NCBI GenBank assembly: GCA_964387655.1
Contig: CAYLYV010000003.1
Coordinates: 9,409-73,408, forward strand
Source: an uncultured Cypionkella sp.
GTDB lineage: Bacteria > Pseudomonadota > Alphaproteobacteria > Rhodobacterales > Rhodobacteraceae
Length of the DNA stretch: 64,000 nt
Direction: 5' to 3'
Shown: piece by piece, positions 45,748-56,282 of the stretch
How the letters are laid out: the number at the start of each line of letters is the position of its first letter
Position numbering within the stretch: position 1 is the stretch's first letter
The notes under the pieces: generated by a model
What the model was told of the DNA's origin: nothing
Database searches by the model: none
Seen by the model: only the letters and a program-made list of their open reading frames with translations
Program-made: the position numbers and the translations under genes

Positions 45748-48700
45748 CTAGATCACGAAGAAGTCGGCACTGGTCACCGCGAGCCCGGTATTGAGAACAG
45801 CAAACTGCACCGCAGCAATGACACCTGTGCCATCCGCGTCGAAGTAGAGGATGCCGGTGTCCTTTTCGTAGATGAGCCGATCCGAGGCATCACCCGCCAC
45901 TCCCGTTGTGTTTGCCACGAAGGCTCCAGCGGCCAACGCACCATTGGCAAGGCCGATGAAGACGGCGTTTTCCAGCTGGATCGTATCGTCGGCCACAGAA
46001 TAATCGGTTATCCGGTCGATGTTGCCCACGCCAAATGCCGTATCGAACACAAAAGCATCCGCACCGGTGCCGCCGGTCAGACTGTCGTCCCCAGCCTCGC
46101 CATAGATCATATCATTGCCGGCACCACCGTTGACCGTATCATTGCCAAAACCCGCAATCAGGCTGTTGGCGAGACCATTGCCGATCAGCACATCGTCGCC
46201 GTCGCCCGAAGTGACATTCTCGATCGAAGCCAGTTTGTCCAGGCCATAGCCGGTGTTCTGCACACGCGTCAGGCTCAGGTTGACCACCGCCGCCTGCGCG
46301 CCAATGAATAGCGCCCGGTCCTGGCCGAGGCCGCCGTCGATCAGGTCGTTGCCCAGACCGCCGGTCAGCGCGTCGTTGCCGTCAGCGCCTTTAAGCGTGT
46401 CGTCGCCACTGCTGCCGTCCAGTTTGTTGGCCTGAGCGTTGCCGGTCAGGACGTCGTTGTTCACCGATCCGGTGAGGTTCTCAATGCTGACATAGGTGTC
46501 AAAGCCCGAGGCCTGAGTGTTCTGCGCACCGACGATCGCCAGACTGACCACCACGCCGCCTTCGTCCAGTTTGACATTCTGGTAAGTCACGGTGTCACTA
46601 CCCGTGCCGCCGTTAAAGCTGTTGGCGGCCAGATCACCGGTCATCGCATCGTCAAAGCTACTGCCGAGGATGTTTTCGAAGTTCTTCACCACATCGGTCA
46701 CGCCCAAGGTCACTGCGGTCTGGAGCGCGAGGTCGATGTTCACCGGCCCGTTCGCGTTTTTATAGGAAATCGTGTCAATTCCCCCCAGGCCATCAAGCTG
46801 ATTGGCCCCGCCATTCCCCGACAGGAAATCGTCGTAATAGCTACCGATGAGATGTTCAAAATTGATCGCGGTGTCGGTGCCCGAGCCGCCGGTAGCCTGT
46901 GCCGTGGTGATCTCGAGGTCGAAGGTGATCCCCGAGGTCGCGCCGAACTCATAGGACAGCGTGTCGCCCCTGAAGCCCGACACCAGCACATCGGCCCCAC
47001 CGTTCATCACGTTATCGGCGATATTCGCACCGATGGCGTTATTGAGGGTGTTGCCGGCGCCGTTCAGGGCATTGGTGCCCATGAGCCGCAGCTCTTCGAC
47101 CGTGCTGCCCAGCGTAAGGTTGATATAGGACATCACCAGATCGTATCCCGACGAATCGGTAATCTCGTCGCCGAGATTGTCCACGACGAATACGTCATTG
47201 CCGGACCCGCCGTCCATCTTGTCGGCGCCCGCCCGGCCATCCAGGAAATTGGCGCCGCTGTTTCCGGTCAGCCGGTTGTCGAGATTGTTGCCGATGCCGT
47301 AATCGGCGCTGCCGGTTAGCGTCAGATACTCAACATTGGCGGTCAGCCGGTAGGAAACGCTGGACTGAACCGTGTCGATCCCGTCGATGGCGCCGTTAAG
47401 CTCCACCACCACGTCGGCCCCGTCCACGACATAAGTGTCATTGCCTTTGCCGCCGGTCAGGACGTCTGCACCGCCGCCGCCGTCCAGGATATTGGCGCCG
47501 GCGTTTCCTGTCAGTTCGTCGTTGAAACCGCTGCCGGTCAGATTTTCGATACCGATCAGCCGATCTAGGCCCGAGCCCTGCGTGTCCTGCACGCCGGTGA
47601 TGTTCAGATCGACGGTCACGCCGGTGTTCCAGACGCTCTCCGTCAGCGTTTTGGTCCTGATGCTGTCGGCGAGCAGGGTTTCAAGGTTCAGGCTGGCATA
47701 AGAGGCGGTGTCGCTGCCGCCCTGCCCATCCAGCACGTTGTTGCCGATATTAGCGTAAATCACGTTGTGCGCCGCATTGCCGGTGCCGTTGATGTCGGCA
47801 CCGCCCAAGAGACGCAGGTTTTCCACATTGGCGCCCAGCGCGTAGCTCAGATAGCTGGCGACCATGTCGATTTGCGTCGCGCTGTTGCTGGTCTCGGCCA
47901 CGACATCGCCGACATTGTCAACGATATAGATGTCATTGCCGTCGCCGCCGGTCAAAGTATCAGCGCCGAAAGCGCCATTGAGCGTATTGGCACCCGAATT
48001 GCCGCTGACATGGTTGTTGAGGTAATTGCCCACGCCGACGTTGCCGCTGGTGCCGATCAGAGTGAGGTTTTCAAGATTGGCGCCCAGAATATAGGAAATG
48101 GTGGAATTGACCGCGTCGATCTGGGCTGGGTTGCTGTTGGTTTCCTTGACCTTGTCGCCGGTGTCATCGACGAAATAGGTATCGTTGCCCTCACCGCCGA
48201 TCATGGTGTCGTCGCCAGTCTTGCCGTCGAGGATATTATTGGCGGCATTGCCGAGCAGGATGTTGTTAAGCATGTTGCCGGTGCCGTCGATTGCGGTGTT
48301 GCCGACCAGCGTCAGGTTTTCGACATAGTTGCTCAGGACATAGCTGACCGAAGCTTCGACGATGTCGATACCGGCGCCGGCGATCGAATTGTTCTCCTCG
48401 GTGACGACATCGGCGGCATTGTCGACCTTGTAGGTGTCGTCGCCGAAGCCCCCGACCATCAGGTCGCCGCCTGCGCCGCCGCTCAGGACATCGTTGCCGC
48501 CCAGCCCGACCAGTGCGTCATCGCCCGCCCCGCCGGTGATGATATTGGCCAGATCGCCGTTTTGGGCGGTCGTGCCTTCGCCGACCAGCAGCGTTCCGGG
48601 CGAGACGAACTGAACGTTCCGCGCGGATGTCGCCGAGCTGATACCCAGATCGTCGAGGATGATACCGGTGAGAACGATCGACTTGCCGCCCACCGAGAAC

Positions 48701-48879
48701 TGAACGCCGCTGTCGGTGCCGTTGATCAGCAGTTCTGCTGGCCGGGTGCTGGTGTCGAAGAGCAATACGTCATGAAGAGGATCGAATGCTATCATCTGGT
48801 TATTGGTAAGCTTGCTAAATGAGTAAATCGTCACGACGTGCACCTTTCCGAAATGGATGCTCCGGATATGGACAGCCAT
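45748..48879 (-). CDS. large RTX/hemolysin-type calcium-binding repeat protein (probable T1SS substrate or adhesin)
   Basis: About 1040 aa. Dozens of GGxGxD nonapeptides (GGAGDDALVGLGGNDVLSGGAGGD) and roughly 80-aa super-repeats (..GNDTYxVDxxGDxVxE...IDxVxSxxSYxLxxNxENLxL.G). C-terminal ...LIYEKDTGILYFDADG...ADFFVI. Start uncertain. Confidence 0.8.
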   Translation of the reverse strand: MAVHIRSIHFGKVHVVTIYSFSKLTNNQMIAFDPLHDVLLFDTSTRPAELLINGTDSGVQFSVGGKSIVLTGIILDDLGISSATSARNVQFVSPGTLLVGEGTTAQNGDLANIITGGAGDDALVGLGGNDVLSGGAGGDLMVGGFGDDTYKVDNAADVVTEENNSIAGAGIDIVEASVSYVLSNYVENLTLVGNTAIDGTGNMLNNILLGNAANNILDGKTGDDTMIGGEGNDTYFVDDTGDKVKETNSNPAQIDAVNSTISYILGANLENLTLIGTSGNVGVGNYLNNHVSGNSGANTLNGAFGADTLTGGDGNDIYIVDNVGDVVAETSNSATQIDMVASYLSYALGANVENLRLLGGADINGTGNAAHNVIYANIGNNVLDGQGGSDTASYASLNLETLLADSIRTKTLTESVWNTGVTVDLNITGVQDTQGSGLDRLIGIENLTGSGFNDELTGNAGANILDGGGGADVLTGGKGNDTYVVDGADVVVELNGAIDGIDTVQSSVSYRLTANVEYLTLTGSADYGIGNNLDNRLTGNSGANFLDGRAGADKMDGGSGNDVFVVDNLGDEITDSSGYDLVMSYINLTLGSTVEELRLMGTNALNGAGNTLNNAIGANIADNVMNGGADVLVSGFRGDTLSYEFGATSGITFDLEITTAQATGGSGTDTAINFEHLIGSYYDDFLSGNGGANQLDGLGGIDTISYKNANGPVNIDLALQTAVTLGVTDVVKNFENILGSSFDDAMTGDLAANSFNGGTGSDTVTYQNVKLDEGGVVVSLAIVGAQNTQASGFDTYVSIENLTGSVNNDVLTGNAQANKLDGSSGDDTLKGADGNDALTGGLGNDLIDGGLGQDRALFIGAQAAVVNLSLTRVQNTGYGLDKLASIENVTSGDGDDVLIGNGLANSLIAGFGNDTVNGGAGNDMIYGEAGDDSLTGGTGADAFVFDTAFGVGNIDRITDYSVADDTIQLENAVFIGLANGALAAGAFVANTTGVAGDASDRLIYEKDTGILYFDADGTGVIAAVQFAVLNTGLAVTSADFFVI

Positions 48880-48913
48880 GATGGCGACAGGATGCAATAA
48901 GTAAGGCCGGATT

Positions 48914-49693
48914 ATGTTTGGCACCGGTCCTGTGATGGCACGGATCTCGACCTCGCGTGGCAATGATTATTCTGCTGTCGAAAGCCTGTGGCGCCGGACT
49001 GGCGTGCGGCCGGATGTGTTGGGGCAACTAACAAAGGCGGATGCGTTCGCGACTTTTGGCTTGAACCGTCGCAGCGCGCTATGGGACACGAAGGCACTGG
49101 CCGGCCCAGCACCATTGCCACTGTTCGGTGCAGACGGTGAGGGCGGTATCGAACCTACCGTCACCCTGCCGCAGATGACGCTGAGGCACGAGGTGATCGA
49201 GGATTACCTGTCATTGCGGCTTTCGCTGCGTGCGCATCCGGTGGAACTGCTAAGCCCCAAACTGCCCGAAAGCCTGCCGCATGATCGCCTGCAGCACTGC
49301 AACGGCCGCGTCACCGTCACCGGCCTCGTGATCACCCGCCTGCGCCCCGGTACCGCGGCGGGTGTGATCTTCCTGACGCTGGAGGATGAGACCGGCACTG
49401 CGAACTTGGTGGCCTGGAAGCAGGTCTATGAGACCTTCCGCAAAGCCGCGACTGCTGCAGGTCTGCTGCGGGTCACGGGACGCATTGAGCGGGATGGTCC
49501 GGTGGTGCATCTGATCGCCGAGCTGATTGAGGACATGTCCCCTCTGCTCTCGACCTTGGGTTGTCCAGTGATGATTGAGACCAATGATAGGCGTGCTGAC
49601 AAGACGAAGCGCCCCGTCGGCGGTAGCATGAGGTCAGCCCATCATCCGCGCGAGCAGGCAAAACTGCTGTCCCCAAGCCGGTATTTTCATTGA
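48914..49693 (+). pseudogene. dnaE2: error-prone DNA polymerase DnaE2 (ImuC), C-terminal ~250 aa only
   Basis: SVESLWRRTGV...ADAFATFGLNRRSALW...LRAHPVELL...VTVTGLVITRLRPGTAAGVIFLTLEDETGTANLVAWKQVYE...VVHLIAELIEDMS matches the OB-fold tail of DnaE2. The first ~800 codons and imuA/imuB are absent. Confidence 0.65.
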
Positions 49694-50277
49694 ACCTGAA
49701 TGTGGTGTTTACGCTGGAGGCGAGTCCGGGCGAAAAAAATCCGCTCGGCATGAAGGACGTGAACACTGCATCCAGATCGCCATCCAGCAGCGCCTCGATC
49801 ATCGGTTGTTCGCCCGGACTCGCCTCGATCCGGCCCGGGCGGGCAAAGCGTCCCAGACGGTCGGTGATTGGATGCGCGCTGGTCAGACGGCCGCAGACCA
49901 CATCGCATCCTCGACCCCGACACCCAAATCCGCCATCGCCGCCCGGGTCCAAGTGTTACCGCTGTCCTGCCAGCCGGTGACACCGATGTTTTTGCCCGCC
50001 AGATCCTCCAGCCGGGTGATCGGGCTGGTCTTGGCGGTAATGATGCCGCCGTGACGAAAGCCACGCATCAGAAACTGCGGCACACCCAGAGCCTCGGCCA
50101 TCCCGGTCCTGCACGTAACGGCCAAAGGAAATCTTGGCCCCGTCATAAGCGGGATTCGCCGCCAGATCGGCAACCAATGTGCTTACCCGCTCAATTTGCA
50201 GGTCAATCCGGGGGGCTACGACATTCCCCAAGGAGCAGGGGCCAGTCGCGCAGGGCAAGGCGAACAATTAGTGTCAT
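49690..50277 (-). pseudogene. NMT1/PhtD-like (4,5-dihydroxyphthalate-decarboxylase / SsuA-like binding fold) gene, multiply frameshifted and 3'-truncated
   Basis: MTLIVRLALRDW.., ..IDLQIERVSTLVADLAANPAYDGAKISFGRYV.., ..FLMRGFRHGGIITAKTSPITRLEDLAGKNIGVTGW.., ..PMIEALLDGDLDAVFTSFMPSGFF lie in three different minus-strand frames. Confidence 0.55.
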
Positions 50278-50863
50278 CAGGGGGTGTCCGGTGAAGTATG
50301 ATGGGGCGCGACTGGCCCCGGAATAGGAAAGCCCGCTCAGCGCAGGAAGTACCCAAGCGCCGCACGCAGCGCATCCGGCGGCTCCGCTGATAAGGGGACA
50401 GCCAATCACACCCGTTCCGAATACAGATATCCAATCGAAATTTTTTGTTAGTCCGTAGCGTTTTTTGATCAGCCGACAGTGCATGATCCGGCTCTCTCCT
50501 AGCCGAAACTTGCATCACCTGCTCCGTCGTCGCCTATACATGCGCTAAGAATCGGCATCGGAGGCGAAAGACCCAAAGACGGAGCATGGGCCACCCGCCT
50601 GCTCCGGCATTGGGCGAAATATCCTCAGCCTCTGCTGCCATCCTGATATAACCACATGTAGTTAATATACAAAATGCGCCTCAGGTTGACTCTCTCGGCA
50701 GCCCCATCGACTAATGGCGTTTGGGAAAAAGTCGGGTCGGCAAAGAAATCTATCCGCCATAAAAGTTTTTTCGATTGGACAGCACCCCATCCGCAAGGCT
50801 TCGATCCGCCTCAAGACGAGGCCAATGCCCGCGACATCCCCATCCCACAGCTCCGAGGTATCC

Positions 50864-52411
50864 ATGACACATTCCCTTCCAGCAAGCATGATGGCCACGC
50901 GCCGTGGCGTTCTGCTCAGCCTAGGCGTCGGTATCACCGCGATGGCACTGCCGTGCGGAGCCTGGGCGCAAGACACCCAAGCCATCCTGAAATTCGGCCT
51001 CTCTACTTTCCCGCCCACCGTCAAGCCTTTCGACAATACCGGCGGGGCGGCCAACACCGTCAAGCTGATGATCTACCGTGGGCTGATGGGCTATGATGCC
51101 TCGGGCAAGCTACTGCCCGAACTGGCGGAAAGCTTTGAATGGCTGGAACCCACGGTTGCCGTGTTCAAACTGCGGGCAAATGCCACCTTCCACAACGGCA
51201 AACCGGTGACAGCGGCTGACGTGGTGTTTTCGCTGAACGAGATCACCAAGGAGGGTTCCAGCGCCTTTCTGAAAAGCGATCTGACGATCATCACGACGGT
51301 GGAAGCCGTCGATGAAAAGTCCGTGAAAATCACGCTGTCTGCGCCCAGTGCCATTTTTCTGGATCTGATGGCGAGCTATTGCTGCCCGGTCATTTCCGCC
51401 GAAAGCACCGAAGATAATGCCATCGGTGCGGGCCCCTTCGTGATGAAATCCAGCGAGAAGGGTGTTTTCATCGAGTTGGAGCGGTTCGACAAATACTACG
51501 CGGACGACCAGCCCCATGTCGGCGGCATCCGCTTCATCGCCTATGCCGACGAAAACCTGCGCTTTGCCGCGCTGGAAGCGGGCGACGTGGATCTGATCGA
51601 ATACCTGCCGTGGACCCAGTTCGATGCCGTTGAAGCATCGGACACGCTGCACATGAAAAGCACGCTTGGGCCTTATATGTTCCTGCTGTTCAACGTGACC
51701 GAAGGCCCCTTTGCCGATGCCAAGGTGCGTCAGGCGGTTGGCTATGCCATTGAGCGTCAGGACGTGGTGGATGCGGCTTTCGCCGGTCGCGGCGAGCCGC
51801 TCTATGGTTTTCCTAACCCGCAAGGCTCGCCCTTCGATCTAGCGGACCCCGCGCGCGAATGGACATTCGACAGCGAGAAAGCCAAGGCGCTGCTGGCCGA
51901 GGCGGGCTATCCGAACGGGTTCGACTGCCGCCTTCTGGCCACGGCGACCTATGGCATGCATCAGGACACAGCCTCGGTTGTGCAGGCCTATCTGGCGATG
52001 ATCGGCATCAACGCCACGCTGGATCTGCCAGACTGGGGCACCCGTGTCACCGCGGGCAAGGAGGGCAAATACGATATCGCCGTCCACGGCACCTCGGGCA
52101 TCTACAATGACCCGGATTCGCTTTGGTCGCTGCTGTATTCTGGCAACCCCTCTTACTTGCAGTCCTTTGGCTTCAAAAGCGCGCGGATCGATGGGCTTCT
52201 GGAACAGGGCCGCACCGAAGTCGACCCGGAAAAGCGCAAGGCAATCTATCAGGATCTTGCCACCGCCTATTTCGAAGAGGTGCCGCAGGTGCCGCTGAAC
52301 TGGCGGGTGCAGGCCTATGCGATGAAAAAGACCGTCACCGGATTTGAAGCCCTGCCCGGCTTTCTGAACGGCGCGTCTGCTTACGCACTCGATGATACGA
52401 AACTACGCTGA
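50864..52411 (+). CDS. ABC transporter substrate-binding protein, family 5 (peptide/nickel/opine type)
   Basis: Start at MTHSLPASMMATRRGVLLSLG (Tat-like signal) behind GAGG. SBP_bac_5-like body. Confidence 0.85.
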   Translation: MTHSLPASMMATRRGVLLSLGVGITAMALPCGAWAQDTQAILKFGLSTFPPTVKPFDNTGGAANTVKLMIYRGLMGYDASGKLLPELAESFEWLEPTVAVFKLRANATFHNGKPVTAADVVFSLNEITKEGSSAFLKSDLTIITTVEAVDEKSVKITLSAPSAIFLDLMASYCCPVISAESTEDNAIGAGPFVMKSSEKGVFIELERFDKYYADDQPHVGGIRFIAYADENLRFAALEAGDVDLIEYLPWTQFDAVEASDTLHMKSTLGPYMFLLFNVTEGPFADAKVRQAVGYAIERQDVVDAAFAGRGEPLYGFPNPQGSPFDLADPAREWTFDSEKAKALLAEAGYPNGFDCRLLATATYGMHQDTASVVQAYLAMIGINATLDLPDWGTRVTAGKEGKYDIAVHGTSGIYNDPDSLWSLLYSGNPSYLQSFGFKSARIDGLLEQGRTEVDPEKRKAIYQDLATAYFEEVPQVPLNWRVQAYAMKKTVTGFEALPGFLNGASAYALDDTKLR

Positions 52412-52421
52412 GGGGCGGCCG

Positions 52422-53375
52422 ATGCTGGAATTCCTCCTCCGCCGGGTGGCGGCAGCAATCGCCATGCTGCTGGTCGTTGGCACGATCATCTTTTCGCTTC
52501 TGGTGATCGTGCCCGGTGATCCGGCAGAACTGCTGCTGTCGACGGGCGGCGGCAGCGCCACGCAGGAGGCCATCCAGAATCTGCGCATCGAGATGGGGTT
52601 GGATAAGCCAATTCTGGTCCAATACCTCAGCTTTCTGGTCAATACGGCGCGGTTCGATTTCGGGACATCGATCGTGGATGGTTCATCCATCGCGGACGCC
52701 ATCGCGCTGCGTCTGCCCCGCACTCTGGAGATCATCGCGGTGGGCGCGATCCTCGCGCTTTTGGTGGCGATCCCAGCGGGCACGCTGGCCGGGCTGCGCG
52801 GCGGCGGGCGTTTTGATGTGATCGCCTCTGGAGTGAACGCGCTGCTGACCTCGATCCCCGGTTTCGTGCTGGGCACCCTGTTCATCTACTTTTTCGCGCA
52901 GGTGCTGGGGGTACTGCCTGCGGGGGGCTACATCGCATTTGCCACGGCCCCCGCACAGCATCTCAAGATGCTGATCCTGCCGGCAACCACCGTTGCTCTA
53001 CATCTCGCAACGATCATCTTCCGGATGACACGCGCCAGCGTGCTGGAAATGCGCGGGCATGACTGGGTGCGCACCGCCACGGCCAAGGGTTTGCGCCGCA
53101 ATCTCGTGGTGCGCCGCCATATCCTGCGCAATGCGCTGGGGCCGGTCATCACCGTTGTCGGGCTGCAACTAGGCATCCTGCTGGGATCAACCGTGCTGAT
53201 CGAATTTGTCTATAACTGGCCTGGCCTCAGCGGGATGCTGGTTACATCGGTCGAGCAGCGCGATTACCCGACCGTCCGCGCGATCATCCTGACCGTCGCC
53301 GCCATCTTTATCGGCATCAATCTGATGATCGACATCCTGTATTCCCTGCTGGACCCGAGGATTCGCCTGCAATGA
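52422..53375 (+). CDS. ABC transporter permease (DppB/OppB type)
   Basis: MLEFLLRRVAAAIAMLLVV N-terminus, typical of DppB, and a BPD_transp_1 core. Confidence 0.85.
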   Translation: MLEFLLRRVAAAIAMLLVVGTIIFSLLVIVPGDPAELLLSTGGGSATQEAIQNLRIEMGLDKPILVQYLSFLVNTARFDFGTSIVDGSSIADAIALRLPRTLEIIAVGAILALLVAIPAGTLAGLRGGGRFDVIASGVNALLTSIPGFVLGTLFIYFFAQVLGVLPAGGYIAFATAPAQHLKMLILPATTVALHLATIIFRMTRASVLEMRGHDWVRTATAKGLRRNLVVRRHILRNALGPVITVVGLQLGILLGSTVLIEFVYNWPGLSGMLVTSVEQRDYPTVRAIILTVAAIFIGINLMIDILYSLLDPRIRLQ

Positions 53376-55312
53376 CCGCGACCCCCATCCGCGCTGCACG
53401 CAAAAATCGCCTGCTTCCCGGCTTCCCCCGGCGTATGATCCTGCCCGCGGCGCTGTTGTTGGCGCTGATCCTTATTCCGTTCGCCGCCCCGCTGATCACA
53501 GGCGCTGATCCGGTCCAGATTGCAGTGCGTGACCGGCTGGCGCTGCCCAGTTTCGCACATTGGCTGGGGCAGGATGAATTCGGACGCGACCGGCTGGCGC
53601 GAGTACTCTATGGCGGGCAGGTGTCGCTAACCGTGGCTTTCGTGGCCACCACGCTCGCCTGCATTGTCGGCACGCTGTTCGGGCTGATCGGTGCCTATTT
53701 TCGCGGGCCGTTCGAATTCCTCACCACCCGTCTGTCGGATGTGGTGCTGTGCTTTCCGCCGATCCTGCTGGCGCTGTTGGTGGTGACGCTGTTCGGCCCC
53801 GGTGCGGGCACATTGGTTGCGGTGCTGTCGGTGCTCTACTTCCCGTCTTTTGCACGGATCGCCTTTTCCGAGGCGCTGCGGGTATCGGCACTAGACTTCG
53901 TCGAAGCGTCCCGCGCCTTGGGAACGCCCTCGCACCGCATCGTGCTGGGCACCATTCTGCCGAACATCGCAGGCCCCGTGTCGGTGCAATATTCCCTGAC
54001 CGCCGCAGCCGCGATCACCATCGAAAGTGGCCTGTCCTTTCTTGGCCTTGGCGTGGTGCCGCCTGCGCCGTCCTGGGGCCAGATGATCCGGGGTGCGCGC
54101 CAGTTCATGAGCCAGGACCCGCTGGGCATCCTGATCCCTTGCGTGGCGCTGACGCTGACCATCTATGCGATCAACTTTTTTTGCGACCGGCTGCGCGACA
54201 CGCTGGACCCAAAGGGCGCGATGGGCGGTGGCAAGGATGAAACCTCGGTTCCGGTTGCGGCGAGAATCGCTCCGACGGATGAGGCGGCAGATGTGGTGGC
54301 CTCGGTCCGCGATCTGCGGTTGGAACTTGTGCGCCCCAGCGGGTCGGTCAGTGTGATCGAGGATGTGTCGCTGACGCTGCGGGCCAACCAATGCACTGCG
54401 CTGGTGGGCGAAAGCGGATCGGGCAAATCCCTGACATCGCTGGCGCTGATGGGTCTGCTGCCTGGTGCGATCCGTCAAGCCAGTGGCGCGCTGCGCCTGC
54501 GCCGCAAATCGGGCGAGATGGTGGATCTGGGTGCGCTGAATGCCAAGGAGCTGGAAGATCTGCGCGGCAATGATGTAGCAATGATCTTTCAGGAGCCGAT
54601 GACCTCGCTCAACCCGATCCATAAGGTTGGCGCGCAGATGGTCGAGGCGATCGTGTCGCACCGCCCGATGTCGCCCAGCGATGCCCGCGCCCGCGCCATC
54701 AGCCTGCTGGAACTGGTCGGCATCAACGAACCGGCACGGCGCTTTGACGGCTACCCGCACGAGATGTCCGGGGGCATGCGCCAGAGGGTGATGATCGCCA
54801 TGGCGCTGACCTGCGAGCCACGCCTGCTGATCGCGGATGAACCCACCACCGCGCTGGATGTGACCATTCAAGCCGAAATCATCGAACTGCTGCAACGCCT
54901 GCGCACCGAATATACCAACGGCCTGAGCCTGCTGTTCATCAGCCACAACCTTGGCATCGTGGCCGAAATCGCCGACCGCGTGGCAGTGATGTATTCCGGC
55001 CAGGTGGTCGAAGAAGGTCCCGCCGTGCAGGTGCTGAATGACCCGCATCATCCCTATACGGTGGCGCTGCTGGAAAGTATGCCGTCGTCACATGAAGACT
55101 TGCATTCGGCGCGTGGCGACCGGCTGCGCGCGATCAGCGGCACCCCGCCACTGCTGGATGCGCGCCCCTCTGGCTGCACCTTCTATGATCGTTGCCCGAT
55201 AGCCGTCCCATCTTGCGCCGATGCCCGCCCGCCGCTGTTCGTCAGCGCCGATGGCGACCGCCAGGTGCGCTGCTTCCGCGCGCCCGAAGCCGGACTGGAG
55301 GCCGCACGATGA
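53372..55312 (+). CDS. fused ABC permease (DppC type) and ATP-binding protein (DppD type)
   Basis: One uninterrupted 646-aa ORF. N-terminal half has 6 TM (DppC-like), then linker ...[29 protein letters not shown], then Walker A GESGSGKS, signature MSGGMRQR, Walker [13 protein letters not shown]. Confidence 0.8.
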   Translation: MTATPIRAARKNRLLPGFPRRMILPAALLLALILIPFAAPLITGADPVQIAVRDRLALPSFAHWLGQDEFGRDRLARVLYGGQVSLTVAFVATTLACIVGTLFGLIGAYFRGPFEFLTTRLSDVVLCFPPILLALLVVTLFGPGAGTLVAVLSVLYFPSFARIAFSEALRVSALDFVEASRALGTPSHRIVLGTILPNIAGPVSVQYSLTAAAAITIESGLSFLGLGVVPPAPSWGQMIRGARQFMSQDPLGILIPCVALTLTIYAINFFCDRLRDTLDPKGAMGGGKDETSVPVAARIAPTDEAADVVASVRDLRLELVRPSGSVSVIEDVSLTLRANQCTALVGESGSGKSLTSLALMGLLPGAIRQASGALRLRRKSGEMVDLGALNAKELEDLRGNDVAMIFQEPMTSLNPIHKVGAQMVEAIVSHRPMSPSDARARAISLLELVGINEPARRFDGYPHEMSGGMRQRVMIAMALTCEPRLLIADEPTTALDVTIQAEIIELLQRLRTEYTNGLSLLFISHNLGIVAEIADRVAVMYSGQVVEEGPAVQVLNDPHHPYTVALLESMPSSHEDLHSARGDRLRAISGTPPLLDARPSGCTFYDRCPIAVPSCADARPPLFVSADGDRQVRCFRAPEAGLEAAR

Positions 55313-56271
55313 CGCCGCTGCTTGAGGTGCAGAACCTGACCAAAAGCTATCCGGTCGGCCGCAAGGGCCTGTTCGGCAAGCGGATGATGCAGGTCTTGCG
55401 CGATGTCAGCCTGTCGGTGCAACCCGGCGAGGTGCTGGGGCTGGTCGGTGAAAGCGGCTCGGGCAAAAGCACCATCGGTAAGGCGGTGCTGCGGTTAATC
55501 GGGGCGGATTCCGGCACGATCCGGTTTGACGGGCAGGATCTATCCGCAATCTCCAGCGCCGATCTACGCCGCTTGCGCAAGGATATGCAGATCATCTTCC
55601 AAGACCCCTACGCCAGTCTTGATCCGCGCAAGACCATCCGCGCCGTGCTGACGGAAGCCCTGGACACCCACAAGTTGCATCTGGGCACCGCCCGCGCCGG
55701 ACGGCTGATCGGGCTGATGGAGATGGTCGGACTCAACCCGACTTTCCTCGACCGCCGCCCGCATGAGTTTTCCGGCGGCCAGCGTCAGCGCATCGGCATC
55801 GCCCGTGCCTTGGCGGTAGAGCCGAAGTTCATTGTCTGCGATGAGGCGGTATCGGCGCTGGACGTCTCTATTCAGGCGCAGGTGCTGAACCTTTTGGCCG
55901 ATCTGCGCGCCAAAACCGGGATCTCGCTGCTGTTCATCAGCCATGATCTGTCGGTGGTCCGTTATATCTCGGACCGGGTGATGGTGCTGTATCTGGGCAA
56001 AGTGATGGAGGTCGGCCCCGCCGATCAGATCCACTTCGACCCCAAACATCCCTACACTGCCGCGCTGATCTCGGCCGAGCCGAGCCTCAAGCACGAAAGC
56101 CAGCGCATTCGGCTAACGGGCGAAATTCCTTCACCCCTGACACCCCCTTCCGGCTGCGTGTTCCGCAGCCGCTGCCCCTATGCACTGCCTGCCTGCGCCG
56201 AAACCGTGCCACCCCTTCGCGATGCAGGACAAGGCCGCATGAAGGCCTGCATCCGAGACGACATTCTTTAA
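55309..56271 (+). CDS. ABC transporter ATP-binding protein (DppF/OppF type)
   Basis: ATGA overlap with the upstream gene. [17 protein letters not shown], and a C-terminal oligopeptide-type extension with a Cys pair. Confidence 0.9.
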   Translation: MTPLLEVQNLTKSYPVGRKGLFGKRMMQVLRDVSLSVQPGEVLGLVGESGSGKSTIGKAVLRLIGADSGTIRFDGQDLSAISSADLRRLRKDMQIIFQDPYASLDPRKTIRAVLTEALDTHKLHLGTARAGRLIGLMEMVGLNPTFLDRRPHEFSGGQRQRIGIARALAVEPKFIVCDEAVSALDVSIQAQVLNLLADLRAKTGISLLFISHDLSVVRYISDRVMVLYLGKVMEVGPADQIHFDPKHPYTAALISAEPSLKHESQRIRLTGEIPSPLTPPSGCVFRSRCPYALPACAETVPPLRDAGQGRMKACIRDDIL

Positions 56272-56282
56272 GGAAAACACCA

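Noticed and set aside
47767-48822. 351-aa ORF antisense to the RTX gene (and similar ones at 46852..47319 and 47435..47701).
   Set aside because: It mirrors the repeat structure of the RTX gene on the opposite strand. It has no start context and no recognisable domains.
45748-48879. Highly repetitive DNA considered as a possible CRISPR array or tandem non-coding repeat.
   Set aside because: The repeats are in-frame coding repeats (GGxGxD nonapeptides and ~80-aa units) inside one long ORF. There is no constant repeat/variable spacer organisation and there are no cas genes.
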